Of a DNA stretch of 64,000 nt, positions 62,758 to 64,000 are shown piece by piece. The notes beneath the pieces are model-generated. The model did no database searches, was not told the DNA's origin, and saw only the letters and a list, made by a program, of their open reading frames with translations. The stretch lies in NCBI GenBank assembly GCA_013239625.1, contig MU053810.1:3752071-3816070 (forward strand), written 5' to 3'. This DNA comes from Lama guanicoe (Eukaryota). Made by a program: the position numbers and the translations under genes. The first letter of the stretch is position 1; every line of letters starts with the position of its first letter.

Positions 62758-64000
62758 ACGTGTTAAGCATCTGCTTTAAAGGGGACTTGACAGTGATTTT
62801 TCCTTCTTACACTGTGATAAGGCTTGGCTCCGCACAGGGAATCACCTAGACAAATACATCTTGCCCAATTCTCTTCTGCTTTAGACACCTAGGAGACTGT
62901 ACATCGGGGTCAGGAGCACCCTCCCATAGGCATTGGCTGTGACCAGTCATTCCGTGGCCAGGAGCTGCTGGGGAAATGGTGCATCTGAATTTCAGCCAAG
63001 TTCTTAAAATAAGCTCCCCTCCTTCTTGCTATCCATCCTTAAAGCTTTTCAACTCACAGCCAGGGGCTAGTGGGTCCTTCTCCTGAGATCCCACACACTT
63101 TGTAACAAATTAGAGTTTCAACTCCATTATATAACCATTTTAAATCTGACTTCCCTTATTAAACTGTCAATGCCTTGAGGAAAGAATTTTGTCTTAATTT
63201 TCTCCAGAAAATTTTAGCCCCAAAACCCAGCAGTGTGCAAGGCACACACTAGGAGTTAATCAAGGTGTAAAATAATAAAACATAAGGGCAGGCAAGGACT
63301 TCCTCTGTCCCAGCCTCTCTTTAAGCACTAGATATGTGTTAATTTGTTTGAATCCTCAGAAACGTCCTATGAAAAAGGTACTACTGTTAGCTAAATTTTC
63401 AAGTTGAAAACACTGACCTCAGATTGACGAGGAGGATTAAGTGACTTGCCCAAGGTCATATGCGCTGTAAGCCAAGACCAGGGTTTGAACCCAGGACAGT
63501 GATGCCACTGCCTGTACCCTTGACACGATCCCATAAAGAACTGTGCCCGGGAATTAGATGGCATAGATGTACTGGCTTTCTGACTATACACAAAAAACAC
63601 CAATTAATTCACAATTAATGAAACCCTGAATAGAGTAACATGCATCTCACGTCTTAGGTGTGTCGAAGCTACTGTAATGTGAGGACTGCCCCCCCGATAC
63701 AATGGCTTAGAGATAAAAATATTTATTTCTAATATAAGAGGCTGGGGTGAGTGTTCTGGGCCAACGGGCAGCTCTCTCCATGTGGTCATCCAGGGACACA
63801 GGCTCTTCCATCTGGGGCCCTGCCGTTCGCAAGGACCATGTGGTCCTCTGTGTGACTGGCCCTGTCTTTGAAGAGGACTTGGTCACAAAGACACATGTCA
63901 CTGCTGGGAAATGAGGTCTTGCTGGGCAGCCATGCACACAGTTACAAGTTCACTGCCATGGAAAAAAGCAAACCTGATGGGAAATTAGCTGTCTCTACCA

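Overview
Mammalian genomic DNA, most likely camelid (a Vic-1-like tRNA-derived SINE sits at 37620-37752). The window holds one intact protein-coding gene, MSRB2 (mitochondrial methionine-R-sulfoxide reductase B2; + strand, 5 exons, 25580-41343, 182 aa, CpG-island promoter). Downstream are two minus-strand L1-mediated retrocopies with target-site duplications (TSDs): MAST2 (50681-56078) and HNRNPH2 (60476-62757). The rest is ordinary L1/L2/MIR/MaLR/hAT repeat and intergenic DNA, plus a 472-N gap whose two flanks repeat the same ~1.76 kb (probable assembly artefact). The most unusual structures are: (i) the MAST2 retrocopy preserves an atypical transcript, with a clean internal skip of ~114 codons and a retained in-frame 99-nt GT-AG intron; (ii) a 339-codon chimeric ORF that starts at an ATG at the insertion junction and sits on an imported CpG island; (iii) a perfect 386-bp direct duplication around a 220-bp CpG-rich insert of unknown origin. 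I found no convincing new multi-gene system. Gene identities and parent-gene comparisons come from my recall of the human proteins, not from a database search. Repeat family names and boundaries are approximate.
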